Positions 10,032 to 20,676 of a stretch of 64,000 nt of DNA are shown here, one piece after another; position 1 is the stretch's first letter, and each line of letters opens with the position of its first letter. The translations under genes were made by a program, and so were the position numbers. Below the pieces are notes generated by a model. It saw nothing but the letters and a program-made list of their open reading frames with translations. It searched no databases and had not been told where the DNA came from. The stretch comes from a bacterium (GTDB lineage Bacteria; UBP6; UBA1177). The stretch is taken from assembly GCA_017538365.1 (NCBI GenBank), contig JAFYIZ010000047.1:10197-74196 (forward strand), in the 5' to 3' direction.

Positions 10032-10642
10032 AAAAAATCAGTTTTTATGTAGGGAAAAAGAATTTTATAACGTTCGCGGTCGCTTCGCTGATCCTGCTTT
10101 ATGCGATCTACTCGTTTTCCGACAACGTGATCTACTTCTTTTCAAACGACACGCCGATAGATCTGGGTGACGCCCTTGAACTGAACACTGAAAACTTCGC
10201 GAAAGTGAAAGACGGTGACTATGTTCAGATCAAAGGAATAACTTCGATTCAGGGCGGAAACATCAAAAAAGGTGTTACCGGTGAGCGTCATGTCGTCTAC
10301 TATCTCAACGGTTCTTCGAAGTTCATCATAGATTCGGCAGTTACCGACGAAGATTCATTTTCCGGCCCGCACTACAGAACGGTTAAGGGCAGGGCTTTTG
10401 CTTTCAAAACCAATTCCAAGGCTAAAAAAATGCAGTCTTTTTTTGCAAATTCACTCTTTCTCGATATGAAGGATGACGGCTTTTTCATCGAGGACGGCGT
10501 TATTCCCCGCACCGATTTTACAGGGCTTTTCATGTTTGCTTTTTTCACTGTTCTGATGATTTTGAACATAGTTTTCTTCATAAAGCCTATGAAGCGTGAA
10601 CCAAGTCAGGAAGAGATAGACAGGGAAATCGACGCACTTTGA
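10028..10642 (+). CDS. Hypothetical two-TM membrane protein
   Basis: 204 aa, overlaps the ispF stop (ATGA), TM segments near both ends. Confidence 0.7.
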   Translation: MKKISFYVGKKNFITFAVASLILLYAIYSFSDNVIYFFSNDTPIDLGDALELNTENFAKVKDGDYVQIKGITSIQGGNIKKGVTGERHVVYYLNGSSKFIIDSAVTDEDSFSGPHYRTVKGRAFAFKTNSKAKKMQSFFANSLFLDMKDDGFFIEDGVIPRTDFTGLFMFAFFTVLMILNIVFFIKPMKREPSQEEIDREIDAL

Positions 10643-10654
10643 TTGGAGCATGTG

Positions 10655-12661
10655 ATGGCAGACAAAACCGGTAAAAAACAGATTTTTTTTCTAGTTCTGG
10701 CGGTTGTTTTCGTCTATTTCAACTCGCTTCCGAATGATTTTATTTTTGACGATGTTCCGCTTGTTCAGAATTCGCTTTGGATAACTTCGGCGAATTTTTT
10801 TGATATTCTGCGCTCCTATAGACCTCTGCGTTATGTTTCATACGCTTTGGATTACCGCATTTTCGGCATGAATCCTGCCGGTTTCAGGCTGATGAACATA
10901 ATTTACCACACGATTTCGGTGCTTGCTCTTTTCTGGGCTCTTAAAATGTTCGGATTTACGAAGCGCGCGGCTTTCGTTGCGGCTCTGATTTTCGCGGTCC
11001 ATCCGGTCAATACAGATGCTGTCGCCTATATTTCAGGCAGAAGAGACGTCCTCATGGGGCTTTTTTACATTTTAAGCATCGGCTGCTTTTTTAAATTTTA
11101 CAGAACCGTTTCTCCTGCAGAAAGGGCGGTGTCCGGCGCAGTCAGAAAACAGTGGGGAATGCTCGTTCTCGCGCTTGTTTTCATGTGGATTTCGATTTCG
11201 TCAAAAGAGATGGGAGCCACGATTCCGCTTGTTTTCATAATGTATGCCGCATATAAGGACGGCGCGGCGCTTCTTAAGAAGCCTTGGTTTTATTTCATCG
11301 CAATGGTTTTTCTTATTCTCTTTTCGTTTTTTGCATTTCTTGCCATCTCAGGCGGCGGCAGTGCGCTGGTTTCGCTCCAGGGAATCCGTTTCCACGGCAA
11401 TTCGCCAGAAGTTCACTATCTGACAGCCGCGACGATATTTCTGCACTATCTCAAACTTACGGTTTTTCCGTGGAAAATCATTCTCGACAATGCCGGATAT
11501 CCGCTCGTCCTTGACTGGAATTTTGAAGTGTTTTTCTCAATTCTTTCGATATTCGTTCTTGTTTTTCTCGTTTGGTCTCTTCTTACGACTTCCAGAAAGA
11601 ACAAGACTAATGCAACGGCGGAACGTCTTGAAACAAGGCATTCTATAGCATTCTGGATATTCTTTTTTATCGTTTCTCTGGCTCCTGTCCTTCAGATAAT
11701 TCCGCTTCACGAGATCGTAGCGGTGCACTATCTCTATGTTCCGATCATCGGTTTCTGTGCCATAATCGGGCGATTGTTTGATTATTTTGCCGGAAGTGAA
11801 CAGGTCGAATTTTCTCAGATGTTCAATTTTGCCGTAAACAGGAAAAGGGCTGTTGCCGCACTTTGCATAACCCTTGTTTTCTCGCTTTTTTCGCTTCGGA
11901 CGATTTCGCGCAACTTTGAAATGAAAAACATCTGGACAGTGCTTCACGCCGATGCAGAGAAACAGCCGCTCTCTTTCCGCGGTCTTTTCACGATCGGAGC
12001 CGAATACCTCAACATGAAATTCCCCGACAAGGCGTGGGAGTATTACAAACAGTCGATTGATACCGGCTACTGGGATCCCAATCTTTTAAGCAACATCATA
12101 GGTTACCGCATTATTAAAGGACAGCACGACGAAGCGATCGCGTTTTATGAAGAAATGGTTAAGAAAGGTGAATACATCACTTCGAACGGTGTTTTGAATA
12201 TTGCAGCTATCTACATGATCCGCGGAGACTGCGATACTGCGTTGAAAATTGCAAACTCCGTTAAAGCAGATGCCAGTGAACTCAAACGCAGCGAACGCCT
12301 GAAAAAATGCAGGGAATACGGCTTCGAAAAGTTCAATGACGGCAATCTTTACGATGTCTACGAAAAGCAGAAACTTATGAAAGATAACGACATAAATGTC
12401 GAAAGGAAGCCTTACCTCAAGAAGCTTATCGAAAGCGGTGAATTTGAAGGTGAAAAGCTGATCGAACTTGTTTCGGAACTTGCCGCTGTTGACTTTATCT
12501 CTGATATTCCCGAAGCGGTAAAATACTACAGATACGAAGTCGAACTTTATACGAAGGCAGGTAAACCTGCGCCGGAAGTTGCGGTTCGCTCGATTGCCGT
12601 TCTTGAAGATTATTCCCGCAAAGTTCTTGAAGAAGGCAAATATCTGCCGCTTGAATTTTAG
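10655..12661 (+). CDS. TMTC-like (GT-C fold) membrane glycosyltransferase with C-terminal TPR-like region
   Basis: FIFDD, YRPLR, FAVHPVNTDAVAYISGR, SKE, HYLYVP motifs; multi-TM N-terminal half. Confidence 0.8.
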   Translation: MADKTGKKQIFFLVLAVVFVYFNSLPNDFIFDDVPLVQNSLWITSANFFDILRSYRPLRYVSYALDYRIFGMNPAGFRLMNIIYHTISVLALFWALKMFGFTKRAAFVAALIFAVHPVNTDAVAYISGRRDVLMGLFYILSIGCFFKFYRTVSPAERAVSGAVRKQWGMLVLALVFMWISISSKEMGATIPLVFIMYAAYKDGAALLKKPWFYFIAMVFLILFSFFAFLAISGGGSALVSLQGIRFHGNSPEVHYLTAATIFLHYLKLTVFPWKIILDNAGYPLVLDWNFEVFFSILSIFVLVFLVWSLLTTSRKNKTNATAERLETRHSIAFWIFFFIVSLAPVLQIIPLHEIVAVHYLYVPIIGFCAIIGRLFDYFAGSEQVEFSQMFNFAVNRKRAVAALCITLVFSLFSLRTISRNFEMKNIWTVLHADAEKQPLSFRGLFTIGAEYLNMKFPDKAWEYYKQSIDTGYWDPNLLSNIIGYRIIKGQHDEAIAFYEEMVKKGEYITSNGVLNIAAIYMIRGDCDTALKIANSVKADASELKRSERLKKCREYGFEKFNDGNLYDVYEKQKLMKDNDINVERKPYLKKLIESGEFEGEKLIELVSELAAVDFISDIPEAVKYYRYEVELYTKAGKPAPEVAVRSIAVLEDYSRKVLEEGKYLPLEF

Positions 12662-12669
12662 GTGTTTTT

Positions 12670-14796
12670 ATGGTTTCAAATGTTGAAATTCTTGCTCCGG
12701 CAGGCAGTTTTGAAGCTGCCGTCGCCGCTTTCGAAGGCGGTGCAGACGCGGTTTATCTCGGTTTAAGCGATTTTTCGGCAAGAAAAGCTGCAAAAAATTT
12801 TTCGAAAGAAGAGCTTCGTTCCCTGAAAACACTTGCAGAGAATCAGGGAAAGAAGATTTTTGCCGCTCTCAATACAGTTATAAAAAGTTCCGAAATCGGA
12901 AGCGTGCTCGATGCTGCAAGGTTTTTAAGCGATATTTCAGTTGATGCCGTCATTCTGCAGGATATAGGTTTTGCAACACTGTTAAAAAAACTTTTTCCGG
13001 CGCTACCGCTTCACGCTTCAACGCAGATGGCAGTTCATACTGTTGAAGGCGTCAAGTTTCTGAAAGCATTAGGCTTTTCAAGAGTTGTTCTGAGCCGCGA
13101 AGTTCCTCTCGATCTTATTGCAAAAATCAAAAAGGAAGTTCCCGATATGGAGCTTGAAGTCTTTGTCCACGGCGCTCTCTGCTACTCTTTTTCGGGGCTT
13201 TGTTTAGCCAGCGGCATGGTTTTGGGGAGATCGGGAAACCGCGGAATGTGCGCGCAGCTCTGCCGGAGCTACTACGAAACCGAAGACGGAAAGAAAGGGC
13301 ACTTTTTTTCGTGCAATGACCTCGAATACAAAGACTATATTCAGCAGCTGAAATTCGCCGGAGTCGATTCCTTCAAAATCGAAGGGCGCATGAAATCTCC
13401 CGAATACGTTTTCCACACATCTGCTCTTTATCGCGCCATGCTTGAAAGAAGCGACTACTTTGATGCTTTGAAAAACAGCAGAATCTGCTTTGCGAGAGCG
13501 GCGACGCTTGGTTATCTTAAGAATTTTTCGGGTGAAAAGCTGATAAGTTCAACGTATCCCGGTCACCGCGGAGTAAAAATCGGTGTCTGCGAAAAAAGGC
13601 TGAAAGACCGCTTTTTCATCAAAACAAAATATTCGCTCGGCATAAGAGACGGGCTTCTTTTCTTTAAAAACAACGACGAAACGCAACCTTTCAACTGCTC
13701 TGTTGAAGAGATTTCTTCCGCGTCCGGCAAAAATCTCAAAATCGTGGGCGACAGCTCGAGAGTTTTCATCAAAACGGCGGAACTTCCCGAAGTCGGAGAC
13801 GAGATTTTTCTTGTAAGTTCGAGAACGCTGGAAAGAAAAAAGGTGAATTCCGGCAGTTTCCAGATGATTAAAAAAAGCATTCCTGCTGAAGTTTCCATTC
13901 GCGGAAAAAATATCGAAATAAAAAGCGGGAAATTCCTGTACACCTCGGAAGAAGTGAACGTTGAAAACTCGGAAAATCAGAATAATTTCAAGGATAAATT
14001 CGCTGAAATACTTAAAAATTCAGGTGAATCATTCTATTTTTCAGACAAAGTTTCTTTTGATGAAAGCTGCGAATTTATTTTTATCCAGCCGGCGGTTCTT
14101 AAAAAAATAAGGAACGATTTTTACATCAGATACAAAGATTTTGCTGATGCCGGGTATGAAAAAAGAAAAACGGAAATTTTGTCATCATTTGTTTCGCCTG
14201 AAACTGCGGAAGTTCCCGGAATATTCTGCGAAAGGACGTTGATGAATCCTGACGGCGAAATTCCCTTTTTCATGCCTGCCGATAGTGAAAATATGCTTAA
14301 AACCGTCGGAGAATTTCTGACAATTCCGCTTCTTCCACTGATGAAGGAAAGTGAAAAATATCTTAATAAAATCAATGAGATAATTTCGAGAAATAAAGAC
14401 AAAAAAATTCTTTTAGGACTTTCCAATTTCGGGCATCTCAATTTCGCTCTGGAACACTTGAAAGACGGGAATATTTTCTTTTTTATCGATTTTTCGCTTT
14501 ATATTGCAAATGAATTTTCATACTCTTTTTTTAAAAATCTTCTGGGTGAAAAACTCCTTTTCGGCTACTCCTGGATAGAAGAAAAAGAGGAAATTCCGCA
14601 GCTTTCACCTGAAGTTATCGCGGTTTCAGGATTCAATCCGCCTCTTTTTGTCAGCGCAGGGTGCTTTGAGCGCTCGAACGGCTTCAAAAAATGCGCCGAG
14701 TGCAAAGGCTCGAAAAGTGAGCATCTTTTGAAAAACTGCGGTCGAAAGTTCAAAGTCATTTCGAAAAACTGCATCACGTTTATGTTTGCAGATTGA
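12670..14796 (+). CDS. U32 peptidase family protein (RlhA-like RNA hydroxylation protein)
   Basis: EILAPAG, GADAVYLG, HASTQ, EVFVHGALCYSFSGLCL, SGNRGMCAQLCR, KIEGRMKS. Confidence 0.9.
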   Translation: MVSNVEILAPAGSFEAAVAAFEGGADAVYLGLSDFSARKAAKNFSKEELRSLKTLAENQGKKIFAALNTVIKSSEIGSVLDAARFLSDISVDAVILQDIGFATLLKKLFPALPLHASTQMAVHTVEGVKFLKALGFSRVVLSREVPLDLIAKIKKEVPDMELEVFVHGALCYSFSGLCLASGMVLGRSGNRGMCAQLCRSYYETEDGKKGHFFSCNDLEYKDYIQQLKFAGVDSFKIEGRMKSPEYVFHTSALYRAMLERSDYFDALKNSRICFARAATLGYLKNFSGEKLISSTYPGHRGVKIGVCEKRLKDRFFIKTKYSLGIRDGLLFFKNNDETQPFNCSVEEISSASGKNLKIVGDSSRVFIKTAELPEVGDEIFLVSSRTLERKKVNSGSFQMIKKSIPAEVSIRGKNIEIKSGKFLYTSEEVNVENSENQNNFKDKFAEILKNSGESFYFSDKVSFDESCEFIFIQPAVLKKIRNDFYIRYKDFADAGYEKRKTEILSSFVSPETAEVPGIFCERTLMNPDGEIPFFMPADSENMLKTVGEFLTIPLLPLMKESEKYLNKINEIISRNKDKKILLGLSNFGHLNFALEHLKDGNIFFFIDFSLYIANEFSYSFFKNLLGEKLLFGYSWIEEKEEIPQLSPEVIAVSGFNPPLFVSAGCFERSNGFKKCAECKGSKSEHLLKNCGRKFKVISKNCITFMFAD

Positions 14797-14809
14797 GACC
14801 TCTTAACTG

Positions 14810-14868
14810 CTCCCCTAAGCTAGGGGAGCTGGTTGCGTAGCAGACTGTGGAGCGTGTTGTATTTTGGG
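14810..14868 (+). repeat. REP-like element, left copy (inverted partner at 20526-20584)
   Basis: CTCCCCT-AAGCT-AGGGGAG hairpin followed by ctggttgcgtagcagactgtggagcGTGTTGTATTTtggg. Confidence 0.6.
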
Positions 14869-14982
14869 CGTGTGTGCATTTTTTACAATTTCCATAAAAA
14901 AAAACTGCTTGTTAATTTTCCAATATCCGGTATAATAAGAGTCTGATTGTTACATATAATGTGTTTCCGGAGGTCTCTAAAG

Positions 14983-16539
14983 ATGAAAAGGTTTTTGAAT
15001 TTACCGGTTGTTTTATTAGTTTTTCTTCTTTTTTCCTGCTCTTCGTCAAAATCGGAAAACGACGCTGATGTCCTACTTGATAGTGATTCCGATTCTGATG
15101 ACATCGAAACAATGGACGATGATTTTGATTCACAATGTTCTGAAATTGTTGATGATTCTAACGAAACGTCTGTCCATGACAATGATTCCGACACAGAAAA
15201 ATCCGATTCTGCCGAATGTAAACCTCCTCTAAGCGAAGCTCCATTCCCATATTACGACGCAAACGGCAAGATCACTTTCTGCCGTCCCGGTTGCGACACG
15301 CCAACTGATGATGACCCAATCTGCATCGGCAACCTGTGGGATGAACAGAATGATGCTTTGTGTCACGAATATCCTGAATACGCTTGCTGCGGAACTCCTT
15401 GTATTCTCGAAAGTTTGAAACCGATGACAAAAGAAGAAAACGATAAAGTCATGGTGGATGATAACGGCAAAATCATGCTTGCTATGCACAAATGCGATTT
15501 AAAAATATCAAGATGGTTTAATGATGGTTCTCTTGGAGTTGTAAAATCATGGAATCTTAGCGATGGTAAAATCGGATTTCACATGTATCCCCTACAACTT
15601 AATCCGGAAAAATGGTCTGTTGGAAGGAAATATTTCACTTACGATACGGCAACACAGAAATATTCTCTTGTCATTCCGTCACGCAGTCAAGAACAGGCGT
15701 ATTATAAAGGCAAAAGACTTGGGCTTATTTCTGACAAACGAAGTCTTGATTTGAACAACGAAAATATATTCCTCGCTTATATTGATGATGACGGAAAAGT
15801 TGAAATTGTCTACGATAAAAAAGTCAAAAGTATTTCTTATGAACCTGCTTTGAATGAAAAATGGGCGTTTATAAATCTTGTTGATTCTAACGGCAAGCGA
15901 ATGCTCTATGCCAAAGTGGGAGAATGGAAGTGGACTTCGCTGGGAAATGGTTCGGGCTGGTTTCCATCACTTGTCGGAGACACTCTTTCTTTTGTCGATG
16001 ACAACGTTAACGGCTGGATTTGTGATTTGTCCAAAAGACCGCAAAAACTTGAAGAGTGCTTGAAATTCAATCAGGAAGGAGAACAGACAGAATATCTTTA
16101 TTTCGATAAAGAAAATGAAAATCGCTTTGTGTATTACGACACATTCAAGAGAAAAATCGTACTAGCAGAGAGAAATGGAATAACTTTCAAAAAAACAGAT
16201 CTTATAACCGAATTTACGGAAGAATCTGCCTCAAAGGCATACTCTGTTCCCCCGAGAATGCTTCGTGGAAATCTTCTTTTGTATGAAGAAATAACCGATG
16301 ATGAAATAAAAAATGGCGGTAGACTTTGTTATTATAGGATTGATAAAAACAAAAAATACTGCATGAAGAAGATGGACGATGACAAAACTTATTCTGATGG
16401 AACAACAATTTTTCCTTATGGCTTTGCAGAGTTCGAGGGAAAATGGCTGCTTTATCAGAAGAGGAATTCCATGCCGCTTATTTTGCGTGACATGAAATGT
16501 TATTGCAAGGAAGAGGGCGTTTGCCCGTTTGAAGAATAA
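14983..16539 (+). CDS. Lipoprotein with Asp/Ser-rich linker, Cys-rich ends and probable beta-propeller core
   Basis: Lipobox LFSC; D/S-rich linker; Cys clusters at both ends (CYCKEEGVCPFEE). Confidence 0.75.
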   Translation: MKRFLNLPVVLLVFLLFSCSSSKSENDADVLLDSDSDSDDIETMDDDFDSQCSEIVDDSNETSVHDNDSDTEKSDSAECKPPLSEAPFPYYDANGKITFCRPGCDTPTDDDPICIGNLWDEQNDALCHEYPEYACCGTPCILESLKPMTKEENDKVMVDDNGKIMLAMHKCDLKISRWFNDGSLGVVKSWNLSDGKIGFHMYPLQLNPEKWSVGRKYFTYDTATQKYSLVIPSRSQEQAYYKGKRLGLISDKRSLDLNNENIFLAYIDDDGKVEIVYDKKVKSISYEPALNEKWAFINLVDSNGKRMLYAKVGEWKWTSLGNGSGWFPSLVGDTLSFVDDNVNGWICDLSKRPQKLEECLKFNQEGEQTEYLYFDKENENRFVYYDTFKRKIVLAERNGITFKKTDLITEFTEESASKAYSVPPRMLRGNLLLYEEITDDEIKNGGRLCYYRIDKNKKYCMKKMDDDKTYSDGTTIFPYGFAEFEGKWLLYQKRNSMPLILRDMKCYCKEEGVCPFEE

Positions 16540-16559
16540 CTTAAACAATGGAGAAAAAA

Positions 16560-19500
16560 ATGAAGAAAATCCTTGTTTTACTTATTGCAACATTATTGTT
16601 CAATTATGTGAATGCTTCCTTCTTTAGGCCTTTGAGCTTTTCTGTTGAGTGTGAACGAAATCCGTGTAACAGCGTCTGCTTTCCTATGAATGAACTTTGC
16701 AGTAATTTTGATGTCAATTTTTGTGATTCTGAAACTCTGCCAACTGAAGTTTCCGTTTCTATTTTGCCTATATTTATAAATTTAGGAGAAATGACATTTT
16801 TTAGCAAAGCTTCAACGATTAAAAATCTCCAGATGGACATAGAGAACTATTTAGAATACAGCGGAATCAATCACAAGTTCAATTTTATGCCTCCAGTTTC
16901 TATAGATTATTCTCTTGCTCTCATAAATGATTCCTACCTTTATGATGCCGCAAAAGGTGAAATTCCAAGTATTAACGCACTTCGTACAAAATATGGCGCA
17001 GATATTGTAGTGTTGTTTGTTTATGAAGAAGATGATGATTATTCCGGAGAATCTTGGGCTATTCCGGCTTTAACGCCACAAGATGCTTTTGTTGTGATTA
17101 ATTTAAATGGTATCTCAGAGAAGCCGGTGGAATATGTAGTTGCTCATGAAATAGGACATCTTATGGGAGCTGTTCACGAACCGGGAGAAGAACTTAATAA
17201 TCAGCCATTATGTAGCTATGGAAGAGGTTTTTGTAACTATTCCAGCTTTAAAAGGACTATTATGGCAACGGCATGCGAAGTTTCTTTCAATTTAATCTAT
17301 GGATATTCTACTGGTGAAACATCAACAAATTATACTCACAATACCGCGAAACTGATAAATCTTTATGCTCCGTACATAGCATCTTTTTATGAAAAGAAAA
17401 AGCTGTGTCTGGATAAAGATGGAGATTCTGTTTGCGATACTTCAGAGAGGTTTGAAAATTTTAGAGACGCAATCGCAAACTGTTACAATGCTATTTTAGA
17501 CGAATGGACTTGCGATGTTGCTGAAATGGCAAATTTAATAGGTGTTGATGAGCTGAATATTTTGGTTGATAACTGCCAGAATAAATATAATGAAAAAGAG
17601 CAGGGTAAATACGAAATAGTAGTTGCTCCATGCGAAAATGGAACTGATGATGTCGGAGGAGCATTTTGTAAAGGAGCTGCATATAAAGATAAAAACGGTA
17701 ACTGGTGGTGGCAGCCGGATCATGATCTTGACGGAACAGGTGATGCCTGCGACCACGACACAGTTTGGAGCGAATTTAACGGAGTCCCGACGGGCAATTC
17801 TATTGTAGATGAAATTGTCACAGAAAATGGTGGTTTGCAAGTAGCCATAATAAGGATGAATGAAACACTATCTGTTCCCATCAACCTGAACAAGTCGCAA
17901 TCGACTTCGACAAGTACAAAAATTACAACGACAAGATACTGCTGGTTGCCAGAGTGGGATAAAGATTCTTGGGGAATAGACGGACACTGCACGACGGAAG
18001 AAAAACACAAAACTAACTTTTCAGAATATTGCGACACAAATTTCGGATACAGTCACGGAAGTGATCCTGTGCCGATAAGTACAGAACGAGTTTTGACATG
18101 GAAATTTATCAAAGACAAAACCGATTCTACAAAAAGTAATGAGTTTACTAAAATTAAGACAGGAGAAACTGGAATAATCAATTGGAATTGGAGACATGAT
18201 TTTTCAGAAGACACAGACGATGAATATTTGAAAAGAGCTTTGAAGACAGCAACTAGTTGCCAAAGTTCAGCACCATTAGGTTTCTGCGATGACGGTATTG
18301 TTCCAAAATTTTACTATACGATGTCAACGGGTGTTCACAGCGGAGATATGGATGAAGATTATATTACAAACGATAACGAAATAAATCCGACTTTCTTTAA
18401 GAACCAAAAGAAATACACCCGTTCGTCAAGACTTACTCTCGATCCTATAACGATTTCATATCACAAAGAGCCAGTCCTTTCTTTTTTCCCTATCGGCTAT
18501 TATTGTACAGGTGGCTGTAATTTTCCGGTAGAAGAATGGCATGACATGCTTATTGGCAGGCTTATATACGGGCCGCGTCCTTATGAAATGCCGGGAATGG
18601 AACATTACTTCAAGAATACTTACGGCTCAGATTTGATTAACACTGGTGTTTCGTTCAGAGAATGGAGTCGTAACGCTGTTGGAATGCCTTCCGTTGCTGA
18701 AAAGAGCCGACCGGTGTATCTTCTTACGATAACCGAAAACGCTTCAAAAATGAATGAAGGTATCGTTGCCGTTCAAAATAGCGGATTTATACCTCGAAGC
18801 GGAGAAGCTGCATCACCAAATTCGACATTTGAAATCAAAGAAATGGATTTAAATTCCAACGGAGACTGGAGAACAAAAGGCATTTTAGATGTTAGCGAAG
18901 TTCCAAATTTTATGCCGATAACATCGACTTATCACAATAGAGAGCTTTATATCGTCAACAAAAACAGCGGCAACACAGCGCATATATATCGAATTGACAA
19001 AACCGATCTGGCAATTACACCTCAGCAATTCATCAATATATGCCCAGTGCAGTGGATTTTTACACTGGTAGACTTAGGTACTATTATAAATCTTTCAAAC
19101 ATTACGCTTCATTCAGTCGGAAACAGCCTCTTTGCTCTTGGAAAAACCACTTCTGGAATGAAAGTCTACAAACTTTCAGAACAGAATGGGAACAATTATT
19201 TTGAAGATATTTCCGGCACTGCAATGCCTCAAATCAGGGATGTCTACAATGTTGAAGTCAAAGACGGCGTTCTTTACCTTGCGGGTGGAGCACTGCTTAG
19301 TGAAAGTGAAGTGCATTTCACGAACGATATCTGGCGTTTCACTGAAACCGACGGTTGGCAGCTTATCCGCAATGATCTCAACATCTTCCCTGTAACTCTG
19401 AGAATCGATTTTGACGGAGACAATATAATCCTTACCGACAGAGTCATAAGACCGAACGGAACGACAGACAGAGCGATATTTGCAGATGACGGCACAGGCG

Positions 19501-20510
19501 ATATCGTGATAGAAACAGTTCCTGTAGAAGGAGCTAATGTTCAGGGTTTTGGTGATTACTGTCTGAAAGAATCCGAAACAGCTGTTCAAGGCGGCATAGA
19601 AACAAGCGGAGAATGCGTTCCGTTCACTCATCCGTGGTATAGCTCTTTTTCTGCCGGTGCAACCGTTTACAGCCTGGATGGAAAAGAAGGAAGGCTTTAT
19701 GTCGGCACAAACAATGCAATAAAAGTTTACGATATTTCCGATCCGATTGCACCTGTTTTAGTTTCATCCTTCTCGACGAGCAGCAGAGTCAACGACCTTG
19801 AAGTTTACGGCAACACTCTTTTTGCAGCAACAAACGGAGGACTCTACAAGCTTGATGCTTCAAACGACACGCTTACACAAACATTGTTCGTTTCGGCTAC
19901 CCTCAACTACCAGTACAAAGTTGAAGTTTACGACGGAAAACTTTATGTCGGTGACGACAACGGCATAAAAGTCAGAGACCTTGAAACTATGAGCGTTCTC
20001 ACCTCGGTAAACAACGGATCAGTGCTCGATTTTGCAATAGAAAACGGTGAAATCGGACTTTACAAAGATGCTTTGTTCTCTCCGGTAGAGATCCGCGATG
20101 CAGAGACGCTGACTTTAAAAGCAAATGAGTTTTTCGGATGCTTTGAGATAGAAGTCGGAAGCTCTGACGGCAGATTCTATCTTTCATGCGACGATGAAAC
20201 CTATCGCTTTGAAGATGACGGAGACGGCGGAATTTCTTTCACTGAACTTTCGGGCGATATCAGAGAACTTCAGGATGTCTACACTTTCGACGGATATACT
20301 TATTTTTACGATGAAAACACAATCTGGATTTCAACCAGCAACGATGTTCCGGCTATTTGCGGAAACGGCATAGTCGAAGGTGACGAAGTCTGCGACGGAG
20401 GACAGATCGATTGTGAAGAGTTGGATTCAAATTATGTCAGCGGAACTGCTACCTGCAACTCAACATGTGACGGCTACAATACGAATAATTGCTCCGATGA
20501 CGGGTGGTAA
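16560..20510 (+). CDS. Secreted multidomain zinc metalloprotease (metzincin/reprolysin-like) with thrombospondin type 3-like, beta-propeller and Myxococcus Cys-rich modules
   Basis: Signal peptide; HEIGHLMGAVH plus Met-turn TIMA; CLDKDGDSVCD and QPDHDLDGTGDACD; LVIVD-like VYDISDPIAPVLV; CGNGIVEGDEVCDG. Confidence 0.8.
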   Translation: MKKILVLLIATLLFNYVNASFFRPLSFSVECERNPCNSVCFPMNELCSNFDVNFCDSETLPTEVSVSILPIFINLGEMTFFSKASTIKNLQMDIENYLEYSGINHKFNFMPPVSIDYSLALINDSYLYDAAKGEIPSINALRTKYGADIVVLFVYEEDDDYSGESWAIPALTPQDAFVVINLNGISEKPVEYVVAHEIGHLMGAVHEPGEELNNQPLCSYGRGFCNYSSFKRTIMATACEVSFNLIYGYSTGETSTNYTHNTAKLINLYAPYIASFYEKKKLCLDKDGDSVCDTSERFENFRDAIANCYNAILDEWTCDVAEMANLIGVDELNILVDNCQNKYNEKEQGKYEIVVAPCENGTDDVGGAFCKGAAYKDKNGNWWWQPDHDLDGTGDACDHDTVWSEFNGVPTGNSIVDEIVTENGGLQVAIIRMNETLSVPINLNKSQSTSTSTKITTTRYCWLPEWDKDSWGIDGHCTTEEKHKTNFSEYCDTNFGYSHGSDPVPISTERVLTWKFIKDKTDSTKSNEFTKIKTGETGIINWNWRHDFSEDTDDEYLKRALKTATSCQSSAPLGFCDDGIVPKFYYTMSTGVHSGDMDEDYITNDNEINPTFFKNQKKYTRSSRLTLDPITISYHKEPVLSFFPIGYYCTGGCNFPVEEWHDMLIGRLIYGPRPYEMPGMEHYFKNTYGSDLINTGVSFREWSRNAVGMPSVAEKSRPVYLLTITENASKMNEGIVAVQNSGFIPRSGEAASPNSTFEIKEMDLNSNGDWRTKGILDVSEVPNFMPITSTYHNRELYIVNKNSGNTAHIYRIDKTDLAITPQQFINICPVQWIFTLVDLGTIINLSNITLHSVGNSLFALGKTTSGMKVYKLSEQNGNNYFEDISGTAMPQIRDVYNVEVKDGVLYLAGGALLSESEVHFTNDIWRFTETDGWQLIRNDLNIFPVTLRIDFDGDNIILTDRVIRPNGTTDRAIFADDGTGDIVIETVPVEGANVQGFGDYCLKESETAVQGGIETSGECVPFTHPWYSSFSAGATVYSLDGKEGRLYVGTNNAIKVYDISDPIAPVLVSSFSTSSRVNDLEVYGNTLFAATNGGLYKLDASNDTLTQTLFVSATLNYQYKVEVYDGKLYVGDDNGIKVRDLETMSVLTSVNNGSVLDFAIENGEIGLYKDALFSPVEIRDAETLTLKANEFFGCFEIEVGSSDGRFYLSCDDETYRFEDDGDGGISFTELSGDIRELQDVYTFDGYTYFYDENTIWISTSNDVPAICGNGIVEGDEVCDGGQIDCEELDSNYVSGTATCNSTCDGYNTNNCSDDGW

Positions 20511-20525
20511 TCAAGCCAGCGCAAA

Positions 20526-20584
20526 CCCATAAATACAACACATGCCCTCGTCGCTCCGCGCCACTCCCACTAACTTGACGAGAG
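20526..20584 (-). repeat. REP-like element, right copy (inverted relative to 14810-14868)
   Basis: Reverse complement ctctcgtcaagttagtgggagtggcgcggagcgacgagggcatGTGTTGTATTTatggg aligns with the left copy. Confidence 0.55.
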
Positions 20585-20676
20585 AATGATACCGTTTGCA
20601 GAGCTTTAATTTGACAAACATCTGTCCATCAATAAAATTTTCAGGCTTTTTTATAGACTTAACGCGAGAGATGAAA

